Assembly: GCA_026770705.1 (NCBI GenBank)
Contig: JANJGN010000016.1
Coordinates: 53,754,001-53,818,000, forward strand
Length of the DNA: 64,000 nt
Origin: Isurus oxyrinchus
Taxonomy: Eukaryota
Reading direction: 5' to 3'
The position numbers and the translations under genes are program-made. Numbering within the stretch: position 1 is the first letter of the stretch; every line of letters starts with the position of its first letter. Positions 32,950 to 47,352 of the stretch are shown piece by piece. Under the pieces are notes generated by a model that was not told the DNA's origin, ran no database searches, and worked only from the letters and a program-made list of their open reading frames with translations.

Positions 32950-35900
32950 TGATGTGAGTGAGGAGAAGAAGGGCCCGTCGCTATTTGGTCGAGCTCAGGG
33001 AAGAGTGCTGCCCTGAGGTGCAAGAGCCGGCGGGGGCTGAGGAAGACCCAGATGTTAGTGAGGAGGGACCATGTCCATGGAGGCCTTTAACACGACAAGG
33101 CTCTACAAAAGACACCTATCATACATGGGGATGAGTGAGAGACAGTGCCTTAGCTTGTCAAAGGGTGGCCACGTTCTCAGTGAGGATCTCACTCCACATG
33201 GATTGTGAGGCCACCCAATGCCAATCACACTGAAAGTAACTGCCTCTCTCTGCCAGCGGATCATTCTAGTGCTCCACTGGGGACCTCTGTGGAATATTGC
33301 AATCGTCCACTCATAAATGCATAAGGGAGGTGACCGATGCCCTTTTCAGTAAGGTACACAATTATGTTCGGTTTTCCATGGTTGAAGCCAACCAGGCTGC
33401 CAGAGCAGTGGGATTCGCAGCTATCTCAGGCTTCCCACAAGGGCAGGGCACCATTGACTGCACATATGTAGCCTCGCAGCCAGTGAGATTTATCTTTCGA
33501 AAAGGATGGCACCCTCTCAACATGCAACTGAGCTGTGATCACCAAAATCAGATAATGCAGGTCTGCTTGAGGTACCTCTTGAGTCACTCGCAGGTGACAC
33601 TTATCTTTGAGGACCCGCTGCACGTTCAGAGTTGCCTCATCGGTGCAAAAGATGTGGCTAAAGACCTCCATTCAGCAGCCACAGAGTACATCAGAGAAGT
33701 GCAGTGTGGCACGTTCTGCAACACAGTCCTTAACTGAGTAGGTCATTGGTATGTTGAAGATGTGTTTCAGATGTTTGGACTAATCAGGCAGTGCTCTCCA
33801 GTTCTCTCAACAGAGAGTGTCCTGCATCATCATGGTTTGCTGCGTGCTATACAACCTGGCACTGCAAAGGGCTGGGGGGGTGGTGGCGGGTGTTAGTGGT
33901 GCTGGTGGTGGTGGTGGGGGGGTGTCGGGTGGGATGAGTTACCACATGGAGGGATGGAGGTGGTGCATGCCTCCTTAGATGAGGAGGATGCAGAAAGGGA
34001 TGACATCGAAAAAGGAACAGGCCATTGTACAGGCATGGCAGGGCAGATGTGCTCATGAGACCCTCACAGCAACAAAGTTCCAGGGTGATTAAGGTTAAGA
34101 GTAGATCATACGAGTGCATTTCTCCTGTCGCTTCAATGCAGAGTAGTCATTAAGACTTTCTTTGTGATCGCCAACATCTCAATGAAGGACATCAATCTCA
34201 GAATGAATAGTCACAATTGAGCATAACGCTGGTCTCATCCGTGGATGGCTGAGCACCCTTGGAGCATGTGATCATTCTGTAATGGAATAAGAACTCCACC
34301 AGCGCTCAATCTGAAGCAGGTAGACGAGGTGATGTGCTTTAAAGCATTGCGCCAACATCTCACTGGCCATGGCAGCCTTCAAAAGGCAGGAAAGCCACTG
34401 CATTCCTGCATTAATGGCAGTGTGCCAGGAATATAGCAAGGTGCCTCAAGGAGGACAATCCTCAGTCACTGGTTATCACTTGACTGCCTGAGGACTGATC
34501 TAACTCCGACAGCAGCATTTCTCCAAATGCCATCCCTCATGCATGAATAACACTCAGGCCTCATCCTGATGCTGAGCCCCCAGGATGATATCGCTCTTCA
34601 GGGTGCTGTGATCTGTCACTCTACAGCATGGAAGCCAGTCTACGAGTCACCTTACCTTTGTAAGGACATGGACTGCTTCAGTGGACCATCATGTGATCAT
34701 TGACAAACAACACCAGGAGCTTCCCAAGTTCACGTCTTAGCTTGGCAACTGGGAGAGCTGTGGCACAGTCTCAACACAGCGTTTATGTATTTAGTGCCCT
34801 TTTAAATACTAAAGACCACTCAGGACATGTATATGAGCTTCACTCTCATCTCATTAGAGTCTCACATTACAGTTACAGTCCTCCACATTTTCATTCTGCC
34901 AGATAGCAATATGTACGAGGAAGTCTAAAACACTGATGACACTGTCACGTTCAGAGAACCATGGCGATTGCCCTTCTGAGACCTGGCACAGGGATTAGCC
35001 AGGCCATCAGGTGCACACTAGCATCCCCACATGTAATAGGCCAGCATCATGAAACTAGGCACACACCTATAACACTGCAGACTCATTGCTGTCTCGCAGT
35101 CGATTCAAGAGTCACCAAGTGCAAACTATTTCCATTGCTCTGCATCGTGCGGCATGTAGAGAATAGAAACTATTAAAGGAGTAATGATATGCCTTAAACA
35201 GGGTAACGAGTTAACACTGCAGGCAGGCATGAAGGGCTACGGTCCTCAATGATTAATTAAACTGTCACCCCAGCCTCGCAGTCATTACATGGAAGCTACT
35301 GAAAAGTACACTTGGTTGGAACGACTCTAACGTCGTCACAATAAACAACTATAACATACACTGAGAACAGACTTCAGTGCAGCCAAGTCAGAACAATCCA
35401 TAACTTTCCAAGAACTACATTCATGAGGCCACATTATATAATAATCTGACAGGAGGCTTACATTTGCATTGTCCAACCACCATGTTCAGATAGGAATTGG
35501 TTTTGTTCATGTCGCTTATGTGGACATTAAGGTGACTGATCTGAGATTGAGTGAGGCAACATAAACCTGAGGGACACAATGGGAGATACTTGGGGAGGCG
35601 GTGGGGGGGTGGGGGGGGCGGTGGGGGTGGATAGGATGGATGTTGGGGTGGGTGGGGTGGATTTGGGGGCTGGGGTGGATGTGGGGGGGTGGGGTGGATT
35701 TGGGGGCTGGGGTGGATGTGGGGGGGTGGGGTGGATTTGGGGGCTGGGATGGATGTGGGGGGGGTGGGGTGGATGTAGGTGGTGAGGTGGATGTGGGGGG
35801 TGGGATGGATTTGGGGGCTGGGGTGGATGTGGGGGTTGGGATGGCATCTGTTACACTTGTATGACAGTGGAACATTGTATCACATTAAAGAGTCACTCAG

Positions 35901-37901
35901 TACCTGAGACTTGGATGGAAACAAGAAAAATATATTTACAAAGGTGCAAAGTATATACAGTGATTGAACACCCAGCCACCAGTACAGTCTCAGTACTTCT
36001 TACTTTTTCTTACCCTACCACTACATCTAGATGCATTCCCGACATCCACAGCAGAGTTGGAGGCAGCATCCTGACTGCTTTTCCCTGTCGTCCGAGATGA
36101 CCATGGCGGGATTTCCACTGGAGGCTCGAGGCCTGGAGGACCCCGGCCTGCCATGGGTCTCGTGCTCTGGGATAGGTGTGCCTTCCTCGGCGTGACCTGT
36201 TGGAGTGGATTAGGTCACAGGCCGAGGGGATTTTGGGTGGATGGCCCTGGGGTTTCTGGCTGAGACCCCACCTCCCCTTGGGTGCCTTGGGCCCCTCCCT
36301 GACTCCCTGAGGAGAAGGGGCACCTGGAGGGAGGTCGGGGTGCTCTGACCCCTCCCGCCCAGCCACTGGTGGATCACCCTTCCAATGGTGACCTCACTGC
36401 GCTCGCATGCTGGAGCCACAACATCAGACAGAACGCCCCAGTAAAGGCTGATAGACCCATCCATCCTTCGTTCTAATCTCCTGACGGCCTCTGACAGCCC
36501 TGCCTGATGTTCCCCTGCCTGCCTTTCCATTTCCAACATCTCTCTGAGGACCGATACCAGAGGTTCGTCACCGGACTCGGACTCAGCAGGGGCCTGATGG
36601 CCAGCAGTCCTCCGAGTGTCAGAGACCTCGCCTCTCACTGCCTCCGTTTCTGTGCTATATTCACTAGTTTGTGACCCCAAGCCAGCTCTTGAACAAGGTC
36701 CCACTGAGGTGTGTGTCTCTGCACTGGTGGAGAGTGCAGGTGAATGCAGTGATGGGGCTTCATCAGATGCCTCCTCATCCAAGGTGCTCTGGGGGCTGGG
36801 GCTGATGTGCTGGCTAGTGTTCTCTCTGCTTTTTCTTGCTGGTGGCTGGAATAGAGAGAAGAGATTATCATTGACTACACAGTCACCAACACTATAGGTC
36901 ATTAAGAGTTATTGTCTCCGTATGGTTGACGTTTACTGCACGGACTCTCACGGGCTTGTTGGGAACACCAGTCTCGCCTTCCTCATAGGAACAGAATCTG
37001 TCCCCACCAGCCAGGTCTTCCACCTGATCCTTGTAGGGGGAGAGTGGCCTCAACTCTGCATCCCCCTCCGGTCGTTGATTTCTCCCCTGTTGTTGTGGAA
37101 GATCTTGATCTGAATAAAGACAGATGGATTGACTGTGAGCATCGTGGATGACAGAAGCAGGCACGTCTGCTGTGTGTGCTGAGTGCTCCCCAGTAAGGGC
37201 TGAAGACGTGACTCATGCAAGATGTTAACGGAGATGGAAATGTTAAAGTGTCTGTCAGGCAATCAGAGCTGATGACCCTTCTGCTGCTAGTGTGTGAGAT
37301 CCCTGTGGACTGTAAAGCTCAGAATGCCTGATGGCCTTATGGGAGTGTCAGTTTGAAGTGAGGAGAAGGTTGACTTACCCCGGCCAAGCGGATGAGAGCA
37401 TTCCTTCTCTTCCTGCACTGCAGGGCAGTTCTCTTTTGGGGTCCATGGGCACTGACCTGCCTGGAGAACACCTCTCAGGCCGGAGTGGTTAGGTTGATAG
37501 ACCTCCTGCTGCCATCTCTGGGATCGAGGACCTCCCGCTAGTCCTGAGCTGCCTGGAGGTGTCTCTCCAGGGAGCTGTTGCTGAACTTTGGGACAGATGG
37601 TTCGAATCTTCTGGCAGCCATTTCCAATCGGTTCCCCACACACCTGTCGGGCAGTAAGTGAGTGTGCGTTCAGGCACTGTTTAAATATAGCGCCGGGACC
37701 TTTGACCCCCCCATGAGGTAATGGCAGGATGGACAAATCGCTGCTCGTCCCACCACAGCATTCGATAAGCTCTTCGCTGATGCATAATGAGCTGAAAAGC
37801 GGATGATCAGTCTCAAGAAACCACCCACTGCCCAGCAGGAAACATGCCGATTTTCCCACCCGCGCCGCTGCACTTAGTCACCAGAACGGAAAATTCTGCC
37901 C
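32950..37901. mobile_element. Large decayed Harbinger transposon: transposase on + (about 33050-33870), spliced Myb/SANT gene on - (ATG 37621, exon 1 37379-37621, further exons about 36950-37110 and 36080-36850), right TIR 37890-37901
   Basis: KCIREVTDALF..GFAAISGFPQGQGTIDCTYVA..RKGWHPLNMQLSCDH; on - PKFSNSSLE..RTALQCRKRRN with in-frame stops. Confidence 0.85.
35590..35842. repeat. G-rich tandem repeat (about 36 bp, gggtggatttgggggctggggtggatgtggggggt), G-quadruplex prone
   Basis: Directly visible. Confidence 0.9.
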
Positions 37902-38029
37902 ATCATTACTGAGGAACAGAGAATTGTACAACAGGTATTGTGGGTGATACGAGTTTCACAAATAAATAAATACCAACTGGAAACTCTTTTCTCTCAAGAA
38001 CTTCAGAAATTTTCAAAGACCAGGACAAA

Positions 38030-38503
38030 TGAATGTTGCCAGGGTTAGAAAAGTGTAGCTATGAGGAGGGATTGGGTAGGTTGGGATTATTTTTCTTAGA
38101 ACAAAGAAGGTTGAGAGGTGACTTGATTGAGGTGTACAAAATTATGAGGGGAATAGATAGAGTGGACAGGATAAAATTGTTTCCCTTGGTGGAGAATTCT
38201 GGAACCAGGGGACATAGATTCAAGATAAGTGGCAGAAGGTGTAGGGGGGACATGAGGAAGAACTTTTTTACGCAGAGGGTGTTGGGTGTCTGGAATTCGC
38301 TGCCCAAGTTGGTGGTCGAGGCAAAAACTTTAAACCCGTTTTAAAAGTACCTGGATCTGCAGCTAAAGTGCTGTAAACTGCAGGGCTATGGGCCGGGTGC
38401 AGGAAGGTGGGATTAGAAAGGGCACCTGGGTGTCCTTGGGCTAGCATGGATGAGATGGGCCGAATGGCCTCCTTCTGTGTTGTAACTTTTCTCTGGTTCT
38501 ATG
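38030..38503 (+). mobile_element. CR1 3' fragment with an open C-terminal frame
   Basis: MLPGLE..SYEE.L.RLGLF.LEQRRLRGDLIEVYKIM. Confidence 0.9.
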
Positions 38504-38549
38504 ATGGAATATTCCTGCTGAAAGCAGCATTGAAACATTAGGTTTTTGT

Positions 38550-38985
38550 AATGAAAACAGAAAATGCTGGAAATACTCAGCAGGCTCAGGCAGCATCTGT
38601 GGAGAGGAACAGATTTAACGTAATAGGTTGTGACCTTTCATCAGACATGGGAAAGGTTAGAAATGTAAATGCTTTTATGTGGGTGAAATGGGGGAGGCGG
38701 GGGGCGGGTGGATGGGGAAGGACAAAAGGGAAGGTCTGTGATAGGGCAGAAGATGGGAGACATTAAATGACAGAAGATTTAATGGGACAGAGCCAAATGG
38801 AGCCAGTAATGAGGCCAGTAAAGAAACAAAAGATGGGTCTAGAGGAGGTGTTAATGGCAGAATCATGAACAGCTGCCGTTCGAAAGCAAGGAGAAAAACA
38901 AGATTAAGGCTGACACGTGGAAAGAAAAGGAAACAAAATGGGGGAGCAGAAATTATGTTCTGAAGTTATTGACTGAAAGATGTGT
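38550..38985 (-). mobile_element. Old Penelope 3' repeat
   Basis: aaaacagaaaatgctggaaatactcagcagg terminus in reverse orientation. Confidence 0.7.
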
Positions 38986-40004
38986 GTCTAACCTGACTGA
39001 GAAAATGTAATATTTTATTGCGAAGTGCTTCATAGGTTTGACTCTGATACTTTCCTTGTGCCAAGGTCCATTAATGACCCTCCCAATCCTTATAAACAAG
39101 AGTTTGAATTTAAATACATAGTTTTAGAAATATTATGACACAGATACTGATCAGATCCTCTTATTCTGGTCTTCAGCAAGTTGTAACAAGCCCTGGACGT
39201 TGAAAAGTTTGAGAATGTATATCCCATCAGACAGCAGTTTGTCCTATAAACTCTGAAGGAATGTTATCAAGAATAACAACTTACATTTAAAATTTGCTCC
39301 AAGGAAATAGGATTCACATTTCACTTATGATGTTAAAAAAGGAAGTTAATTATTTCTAGAAGTTGCTGAACAATTTAATGTATAAAAAGTGAAGATGGAG
39401 GATGCTGCTTATTCAGAATGGTGAAACAGCACCATCTGGTGGCTGAGAGGGGCTGTAGTCACTTTCTCTACTTGGTGATATCATAAATCTGGAATGTAGG
39501 GAATTCAGATCTTAATTGCACCATTTAGATGAGGGGATCTGAGTATAAATCCACTTGAAAAGGAATCCTTCAACCAAACAGAGAAACACAGGTCAGGCAA
39601 CATATGAACTTTGAAAAGTTCTGGAATATATATCCTATCTAACAGTGGGCTAGACTATAAACTATGAAGCAAATTAATCCAGAACAATAACAACTTACAT
39701 TTATATAGAGCCTTTAACCTGGAAAAGCTCCCAGAACACTTCACAGAGGAGTGATGAAACATAAAAGACACTGAACTGAAGGAGATAGCAGAGGGGTGAC
39801 CAAAATTTGGCCAAACAGGAGGATTTTAAAGATAAATGTAATAGTCTAATAATAATAGAAGACAGGTGGACAAAGAAATATACAGAAAAATTAGGAAAAT
39901 GAGTAAAAATCATAGAATAACAATCATGGGGAATATCAACTACCCTGATATTGAATGACTAGAAGAGGTAGGTAAAGGGGACACGGTAGTGGAGTATCCA
40001 ACAC

Positions 40005-40450
40005 CCCATGTGTGAAAGGTGGGGAGCTGGATGGGATACAGTATCTCTGTGAAAGGGTGGGGAGTTGGATGGGATACAGTGTTTGTGTGAAAGGATATGG
40101 AGCTGGATGGGGCACAGCGTCTATGTGAAAGGGTGGGGAGTTGGATGGGGTACAGTGTCTGTGTGAAAGGATATGGAGTTGGATGGGGTACAGTGTCTAT
40201 GTGGGGGATGGGAAGTTTGATGGGTACAGTTCATGTGTAAAAGGGTGGGGAGTTGGATGTGGTACAGTGTCTGTGTGAAAGTGTGTGGAGTTGCATGGGG
40301 TACAGTGTCTGTGTGAAAGGTGGGGATCTGGATGTGTTACAGTGTCTCTATGAAAGGATGGGGAACTGGTTGGGGTGCAGTGACTGTGTGAAAGGGTGGG
40401 GAGTTGGATGGAGTAAAATGTCTGTGTGGAAGGGTTGGGAGTTGGGGAAT
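40005..40450. repeat. 37-38 bp minisatellite (tgtgaaagggtggggagttggatggggtacagtgtctg), about 12 copies
   Basis: Units start at 40011, 40048, 40086 and onward. Confidence 0.95.
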
Positions 40451-40499
40451 TAAAGTGCGTATAAACATAATTTGAGAGCTGAATCTGAATGTGACCCCA

Positions 40500-41800
40500 T
40501 CTGGATTTCATTTGGGCTTGTGCAGGCATGAGAGAACCCCTCTGGCTGAGTCAGGATGTGAATTGAAATAGTTACCAAGACAATTAAGAGTAAATCAGAG
40601 TGACATGGGAGCTAGCAATACAGATCCAACATCCACCTCTGTTGCTGGTCAAGGGCTGGGGACCAATCACTGCGAACATGCACATGCAGGATTTGGGAGC
40701 TGGATTTCAATGTGATCCCTTCTGGATTCCACAGGGGTTTGTAAAAATTTTGCAACTCCTGTGGCTGATCAGGGAGTTAATTGAAGTATTCTCAGAGACA
40801 GTGAAGAGTACATTAGAATGGCAAATGAGCAGCTTATGCAGCTTCACCATCCCACCTCTGTTGCTAGTCAAGGGCTGGGGACCAATCACTGCCAACAGCT
40901 CCAGCAGCAGCAGCAGTAACATCAACAGCAGCACCAGCCATCTTCTCCTCAGCCATACGTAGAGGGAATTATCACTGAATTGCAGCTGGAAGGAAGTGAT
41001 ACCCCCAGTACCGGGTCTACAAGCAGAGGATCATTTCTCTTTGCATCTGTGCATCAGGAAGCTCAAATTTACAACACAAGCTGGGAATGATATCTGCAAC
41101 ATCCCGGAACAAGACCTCATTCTCAGTGAAGAGGGATAGACATTGCCAGTGGGTAACAAGGTGCTTTTCAATGGAGTCCAACCCAACCATCTCATCCCAC
41201 CCCCTTTGTTTCAGCCTTTCGACAAGCTGGGTGCTCTCTCCCCAGCAAGAAGAGAAACCCGGGAGATGAGAGTTCTGGGAATGACATGTACAGAGGAGGA
41301 AAATACAACATTTGTGGAGAGTAGCACTGAGGATGTTTGAGAGATGACAACAGGTCAAGGGGGAGTTCAAGTGTTCAGATGGGAAAATTGAGGTATCTGC
41401 AGAGAGGGTAATGAGGGGAGCAGAATGGAGTGTTGACCAGAAGTGTGCTATGTAATAAAACACTGGGCAAGTTAGAGTGTGGACACTGGCACCTGAAATG
41501 TTACATTCATCATGTCCTGCATCCTCTTCGTGCACTGTATCCGGCTGGGGGGAACACACTCCTGCTGATGACTCCCTTGGCCACCTCCATCCACCTCTGT
41601 TTGCTCTGAGAGTCTGTCCATTATCTCCTGCCCTCCACTGTGTTCACCTGGCTGATGTCCCTCAGCTCCTTCAGCCAGACCTCCAGCTAACAATGAAGGA
41701 AGTTGAGGACAGGTTTCTGAGGTTTTGTCTTCATCCATGTGTGCGCTGCGGCCTGAAAAATACAAACGCTGCTGAGTTTTTTTTGCCACCATGCCTTAAA
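40500..41800. mobile_element. Highly decayed Harbinger-related sequence
   Basis: Patchy similarity to 33000-34100; contains a direct duplication of about 43 bp at 40631/40851. Confidence 0.45.
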
Positions 41801-41989
41801 ACAGAAATCTATTCCATTGGAATAACTGTGCAAGCCCACCCACACCCTAATTGTTACCGGTATCTAGAGATGAACTTTTGTTTTACTCTGGTAAAGAACA
41901 ACTGGAAAATATGAAAATTGGGGATTGTATTCACAACCTTTATATGGTCCACCTATTTCACTAGAGACTGAAGGTAACATTCTGCTCTG

Positions 41990-42618
41990 GCAGGTACACA
42001 CACCACATGGTTAGCAGCAGTTCATAAAAGTGACTCACCATTGACTCTCATTGACAATTAGGGAAGGGCAATAAACGTTCAAACTTATCAAACACTGGTA
42101 TCCTATGAATGAGTAAAGAAAAAGTCTATGTAGACCTCTATGCCTCTATGACTGCCATAGACAGATGCATCTGTGGCAGGCAGGCTGGTGAGGGTGATGT
42201 CAAGTGTGTTTTTCCCTCTCGGTTCCCTCACCACCTGCTGCAAACCCAGGCTAGCGGCGATGTCCTTCAGGACTTGATAAGTTCGGTCTGTAGTGGTGCT
42301 GCTGAGCCACTCTTGGTGATGGACAATGAAGTTCCCCATCCAGAGTACATTCTACAACCTTGCCATCTTCAGTGCTTCCTCCAAGTGCTGTTCAACATGG
42401 AGGAGCACTGATCGCTCAGCTGAGGGGTGATGGTACGTTGAAATCAGCAGGAGGTTTCCTTGCCCATATTTGATCTGGTGCCATGAGACTTCATGGGGTC
42501 CAGAACTGATGTTGAGGACCCCCAGGACAACTCCCTCCTGACTGAATACCACTGTGCCACTACCTCTGCTGGGTCTGTCCTGCCGGTGGAACAGGACATA
42601 CCCAGGGATGGTACTGTA
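41990..42618 (-). mobile_element. Fragments of the 11047-13870 LINE family (APE on -, decayed 3' end on +)
   Basis: IPGYVLFHRQDRPSRGSGTVVFSQEGVVLGVLNI...GDFxVH-like motif. Confidence 0.8.
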
Positions 42619-42619
42619 A

Positions 42620-43300
42620 CCTTTGATTTGGCACCTTATCAAATGCCTTTTGGAAATCCAAATACATCACACCTGCAGGTTCACCTTAATCAACCTTGTT
42701 TGTTAGTTCCTCAAAGAACTCTAAGAAATTAGCTAAACACAATTTCCTTTTTACTAAACTATGTTAACTTAGCCTCGCTCCATAAGGATTTTCCACCTAT
42801 GCAGCTTTAAGCTGATTAATAATGGATTCTAGCCATTTCCCTATATCAGATGTTGGGTTAACTGGCTTTGCTTTCCATTTCCCTGCTTTCTTGAATAAAG
42901 GTGTTATGCTTCCTATTTTCTAATCCACTGGGACCATTCCAGAATCTAAGGAATTTTGGAAGAATATAACCAATGCATCAACTATCTCTGCAGCCATTTC
43001 TTTTAAGACCCAAGGATGCAGGCCAACTGGTTCTGCGGACTTGTTAGCCTTTAGGTCTAATAGTTTTACCAATACCTTTTCCCTAGTTACTGTGATTGTT
43101 TTAAATTTTTCCCTCCCTTTCACCTCTTAATCTTCAATTGGGAAGTTTTCTAAGTCTTCTACAGTGAAGGCAGACACAAAATAATTGTTCAACACTTCCT
43201 CCATTTCATTGTTTTCCAATATTAATTCCTCAGACTCACTCTCAAGAGGACAAACAATCACTTTAGTTACTGTTTTCCTATTTAATATTTGTAGGAACTA
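42620..43300 (-). mobile_element. CR1 RT-region fragment (probably continues at about 46090-46450)
   Basis: KS.EP.GLHPWVLKEMAAEIVDAL..FQNSLDSG.VPVD. Confidence 0.8.
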
Positions 43301-43320
43301 GAGTATGAGAGAAAACTAGC

Positions 43321-46066
43321 TCGGTTATAATCTCTAGATTACTCCCAGTGCCACTTACTAGCGAGCTCAGAAATAGGAGAATAGCACAAATGAATATATG
43401 GCTTAAGAGTTGGTGCAGGAGGGAAGGTTTTATATATCCTGGATCACTGGGATTGTTTCTGGGGAAGGAGGGACCTCTACAAGTGGGACGGTCTACATCT
43501 GAACCAGAGCGGGACTAACATCTTTATGGGCGGGTTTGCTAGTGCTGTTAGGAGGAGTTTAAACTAATTTGTGGAGGTGTGTAAAAACAATAACAATAGG
43601 GTAATTATATTAGTTGATTTCAATTTTCCCAACATTAATTGGGATAGACATAGTGTTAAGGGCTTGGATGGAGTGGATTTCTTGAAATGTGTACAGGAGA
43701 ACTTTTTCGGTCAATATGTAGAGGGTCCAACAAGGGACAGTGCAGTGCTGGGCCTAATTCTGGGGAATGAAGCCGGACAGGTGGCTAAGATGGCGGTGGG
43801 CGAGCATTTTAGTGATAGCGACCACAACATGGTGCAGTTTAAGTTTGTTCTGGACAAAGAAATCAACAAGTTGCAAAAAAATGTTTTGGAGTGGGGGAGA
43901 ATGGATTTTAGTAAAATAAGGCAGGATCTAGCCAAGACTGGGAACAGCTACTTGTGGGGAAATCTACAGAGGAGCAGTGGGGTTGGGGGGGGAGGGGTGT
44001 TCAAGAAGGAAGCGGGGAGGGTACAGGCTCAGCATGTTCCCTCTAGGGTGATAGGAAGGAGTAACAAGCCCAGAGAACCATGGATGGCCAGAGGTATTCA
44101 GGTTTCGATGAGAAGTAAAAGAGAGGCTTTTAGCAGGTACAATGGAAGCAAATCAGCAGAGACATTAGTGGAGTACAGAAAGTGCAGGGTGGAGCTTAAG
44201 AAAGCAATTAGGAGAGCAAAGAGGGGATATGAGAAAGCTTTGGCTGGTAAAAGTAGGGAAAATCCCAAGATATTATATAAGTATATTAATGGGAAGAGGA
44301 TAACCAGGAAAGAGTAGGGCCCATAAGGGACCAAGGGGGCAATCTATGGGTGGAGCCAGAGGACATCGCTAGAGTGTTGAATGAATACTTCACATCCATC
44401 TTCACCCAAGAGAATGAGGATGAAGGTATCGAACTCAGGGAGAGAGACTGTGAGGTTTTAAGCAAATTGATATAGGGATTGACAAGGTATTGGAAGTATT
44501 GGCAGGCTTAAAAGTGGACAAATCTCCAGGTCCAGATGATTTGTGTCCCAGACTGCTGAGGGAGGCAAGGGAGGAGATCGCAGGGGCTCTGACCCAGATT
44601 TTTAATTCCTCTCTGGTCGTAGGGGAGGTGCTGGAGGACTGGAGAACAGCTAATGTGGTTACGCTATTTAAGAAGGCTCGTCGAGATAAGCCAGGGAACT
44701 ACAGGTCAGTGAGTCTCCCGTCAGTGGTAGGGAAACTATTGGAGAAAGTTCTGAAGGAGAGAATGTATCTCCACTTGGAGAGGCAAGGCTTGATCAGGGA
44801 TAGTCAGAATGGCTTTTTCAGAGGGAGGCCATGCCTAACAAATTTGATTGAATTTTTTGAGGAGATGAACAGGTGTGTAGATGAGGGTAGTGTAGTTGAT
44901 GTAGTTTATATGGATTTCATTAAAGCCTTTGACAAGATCTCACAATGGAGACTTTTAAAGAAGGCAAATGCACATAGGATACAAGGTAATTTGATAAGGT
45001 GGATTCAAAATTGGCTTAGTAGTAGGAGGCAGAGGGTGATGACAGAAGGATGCTTTAGTGACTGGAAGCCAGTGTCCAGTGGCATACCACAGGGATCTGT
45101 GCTCGGTCCCCTATTATTTGTCATTTATATAAATGACGTAGATGACCATGTGGGGGGTAGGATTAGTAAGTTTGTGGATGACACAGTGAAGTTGAGTGTC
45201 TTGGGCTACAAGAAGATATAGACAGGATGGTCAAATGGGCAGACAGGTGGCAGATGGAATTTAACCCTGAAAAATGTGAGGTGAAACGCTTTGGAAGGAG
45301 TAATTTGACAAGGAAGTATTCAATGAACAGCATGACACTAGGAAGTTCTGAGGAACAAAAGGACCTTGGCATGTGTGTCCATAGATCTCTGAAGGTGGAG
45401 GGGCATGTTAGTGGGATGATGAAAAAGGCATATGGGACACTTGCCTTTATCAATCGAGGCATAGATTACAAAAGTAGGGAGGTCTTGTTGGAGTTGTATA
45501 GAACCTTAGTGAGGCCACAGCTGGAGTACTGTGTGCATTCTGGTCACCACATTATAGGAAGGATATGATTGCACTGGAGGGGGTGCAGAGGAGATTCACC
45601 AGGATGTTGCCTGGGATGCAACATTCAAATTATGAAGAGAGGTTGGATAGACTTGGGTTGTTTTCGTTGGAGCAGAGAAGACTGAGAGGCGACCTGATCG
45701 AGGTGTACAAGATTATGAGGGGCATGGACAGGGTGGATAGGGAATAGCTGTTCCCCTTAGTTGAAGGGTCAGTCACAAGGGGGTATAAGTTCAAGGTGAG
45801 GGGCAGGAGGTTTATGGGGGATGTGAAGAAAAACCTTTTTACCCAGAGGGTGGTGACAGTGTGGAATGTACTGCCTGGGAGGGTGGTGGAGGAGGGTTGC
45901 CTCACATTCTTTAAAATGTACCTGGATGAGCACTTGGCACATCATAACATTCAGGGCTATGGGCCAAGTGCTGGTAAATGGGATTAGGTAGATAGGTCAG
46001 ATGTTTCTCATGTGTCGGTGCAGATTCAATGGGCCAAAGGGCCACTTCTGCACTGTGATTCTGTAT
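43321..46066 (+). mobile_element. CR1 LINE, relatively young: ORF1 esterase end plus disrupted ORF2
   Basis: DLYKWDGLHLN (SGNH ORF1); [36 protein letters not shown]; tail gattct repeats. Confidence 0.95.
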
Positions 46067-46599
46067 TATTAAAACAGATAGTAAGAATTTCTCCCACACT
46101 AGTCTTTGAATCACACATTCATCTCTCTAGTTTTATTTACCCTACGCCAATCTGCTCATGGCTCAGATAATAATCCACATTTGATGGTCTGCTTTTTAAT
46201 TTATACCTTGGCAGTTTATAATCCCTAAGCCAGACCGCTTTCCTAGTCCTATTTATGTCTTTGGCACACATGTAAACCATGACCACTGTATCCTCCACCT
46301 TCAACTGCAAATTACCCTCCAGCCCCGAAACCTGACACCAGGCAGGCAACACAGCCTTCTGGACTCTCACTCGCAGCTGCAGAGAACTGTATTTTTCCTC
46401 CTGACTATACTGCCCCTACTACCACCACATTCCTGTTAACTACCCCCAACATTATTGGATTCCTTGAGGAGGTAACATAGAGTGTAATTTTACACCAGCG
46501 GGATTTTATGATCCCGTCAAAGTCAATGGAGTTTAGAATGGCTTGCCACATTTTACGGCCCTGTCCCCGCTGTGGCAGGGCTGTAAAATTCCAGTCATA

Positions 46600-47170
46600 G
46601 AGAGTAGACCTCATCTGGATTTTCAAATGGCTTTCAGTAAGGTTCCCCACAACAGTAATGAATAAAAGTTCAGAGAATATGGAGTCAGCAGGCAAGTAGC
46701 TTCAAGACAGAAAGCAAAAAGTGGGAATAAAGTGCAATTATTCAACCTGCCAGGAGGTAAAAACTTTCCACAGGGAACAATGCTAGGCCATTCATGTTCA
46801 CAATTTACATTAGTAATTTGAACTTTAGAATCAAAAACATAATCTTTAAATTTACAGGTGACACCAACTTAGGGGGGGTGTGGGTAGTTGGGTATAACCT
46901 ATACTCAGGAGGACGTTAATAAACTTGCAGAATGAGGTAGTACATTTCGGCAATGAGAATGTGGAGGTCACTTATTACTTGGAAAGTACAAGTCTAGGTG
47001 GAGCAGTGGAACAACAGGATTTCAGACTACAAATACAACAATCACTAAAAATTGTGTGACTGGTTAGCCAGGCCTTAACAAAGCAAACCAAGCTCTAGAC
47101 TTTATTTATAAAGCAATTGAATTGAAAAGTGAGGTTACGCTAAACCTGTAATGAACATTGTTTTAGACCA
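46600..47170 (+). mobile_element. Old CR1 fragment
   Basis: Similar to 850-1500 and 15600-16440. Confidence 0.7.
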
Positions 47171-47244
47171 TAATTGGGACCGGATCTTTGCGCGCAAAGC
47201 AGATGTCTTGAGTTGGGAAATATCTCCATTGGCTCATGAATATG

Positions 47245-47352
47245 AGTCCTGACGAAGAGTCATATTGCACTTGAAACGTTAATCTATTTCTCTCTCCATA
47301 GATGCTGTCAGACTTGCTAAGCATTTCCAGCACTTTCTGCTTTTATTTCACT
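47245..47352 (+). mobile_element. Penelope 3' remnant with hammerhead core
   Basis: CTGACGA...GAAACGTT at 47249-47280. Confidence 0.6.

Noticed and set aside
35516-35875. Proline-rich extensin-like ORFs
   Set aside because: They are translations of a G-rich tandem repeat.
43571-45987. Active CR1 ORF2
   Set aside because: It is broken by stops, frameshifts and deletions.
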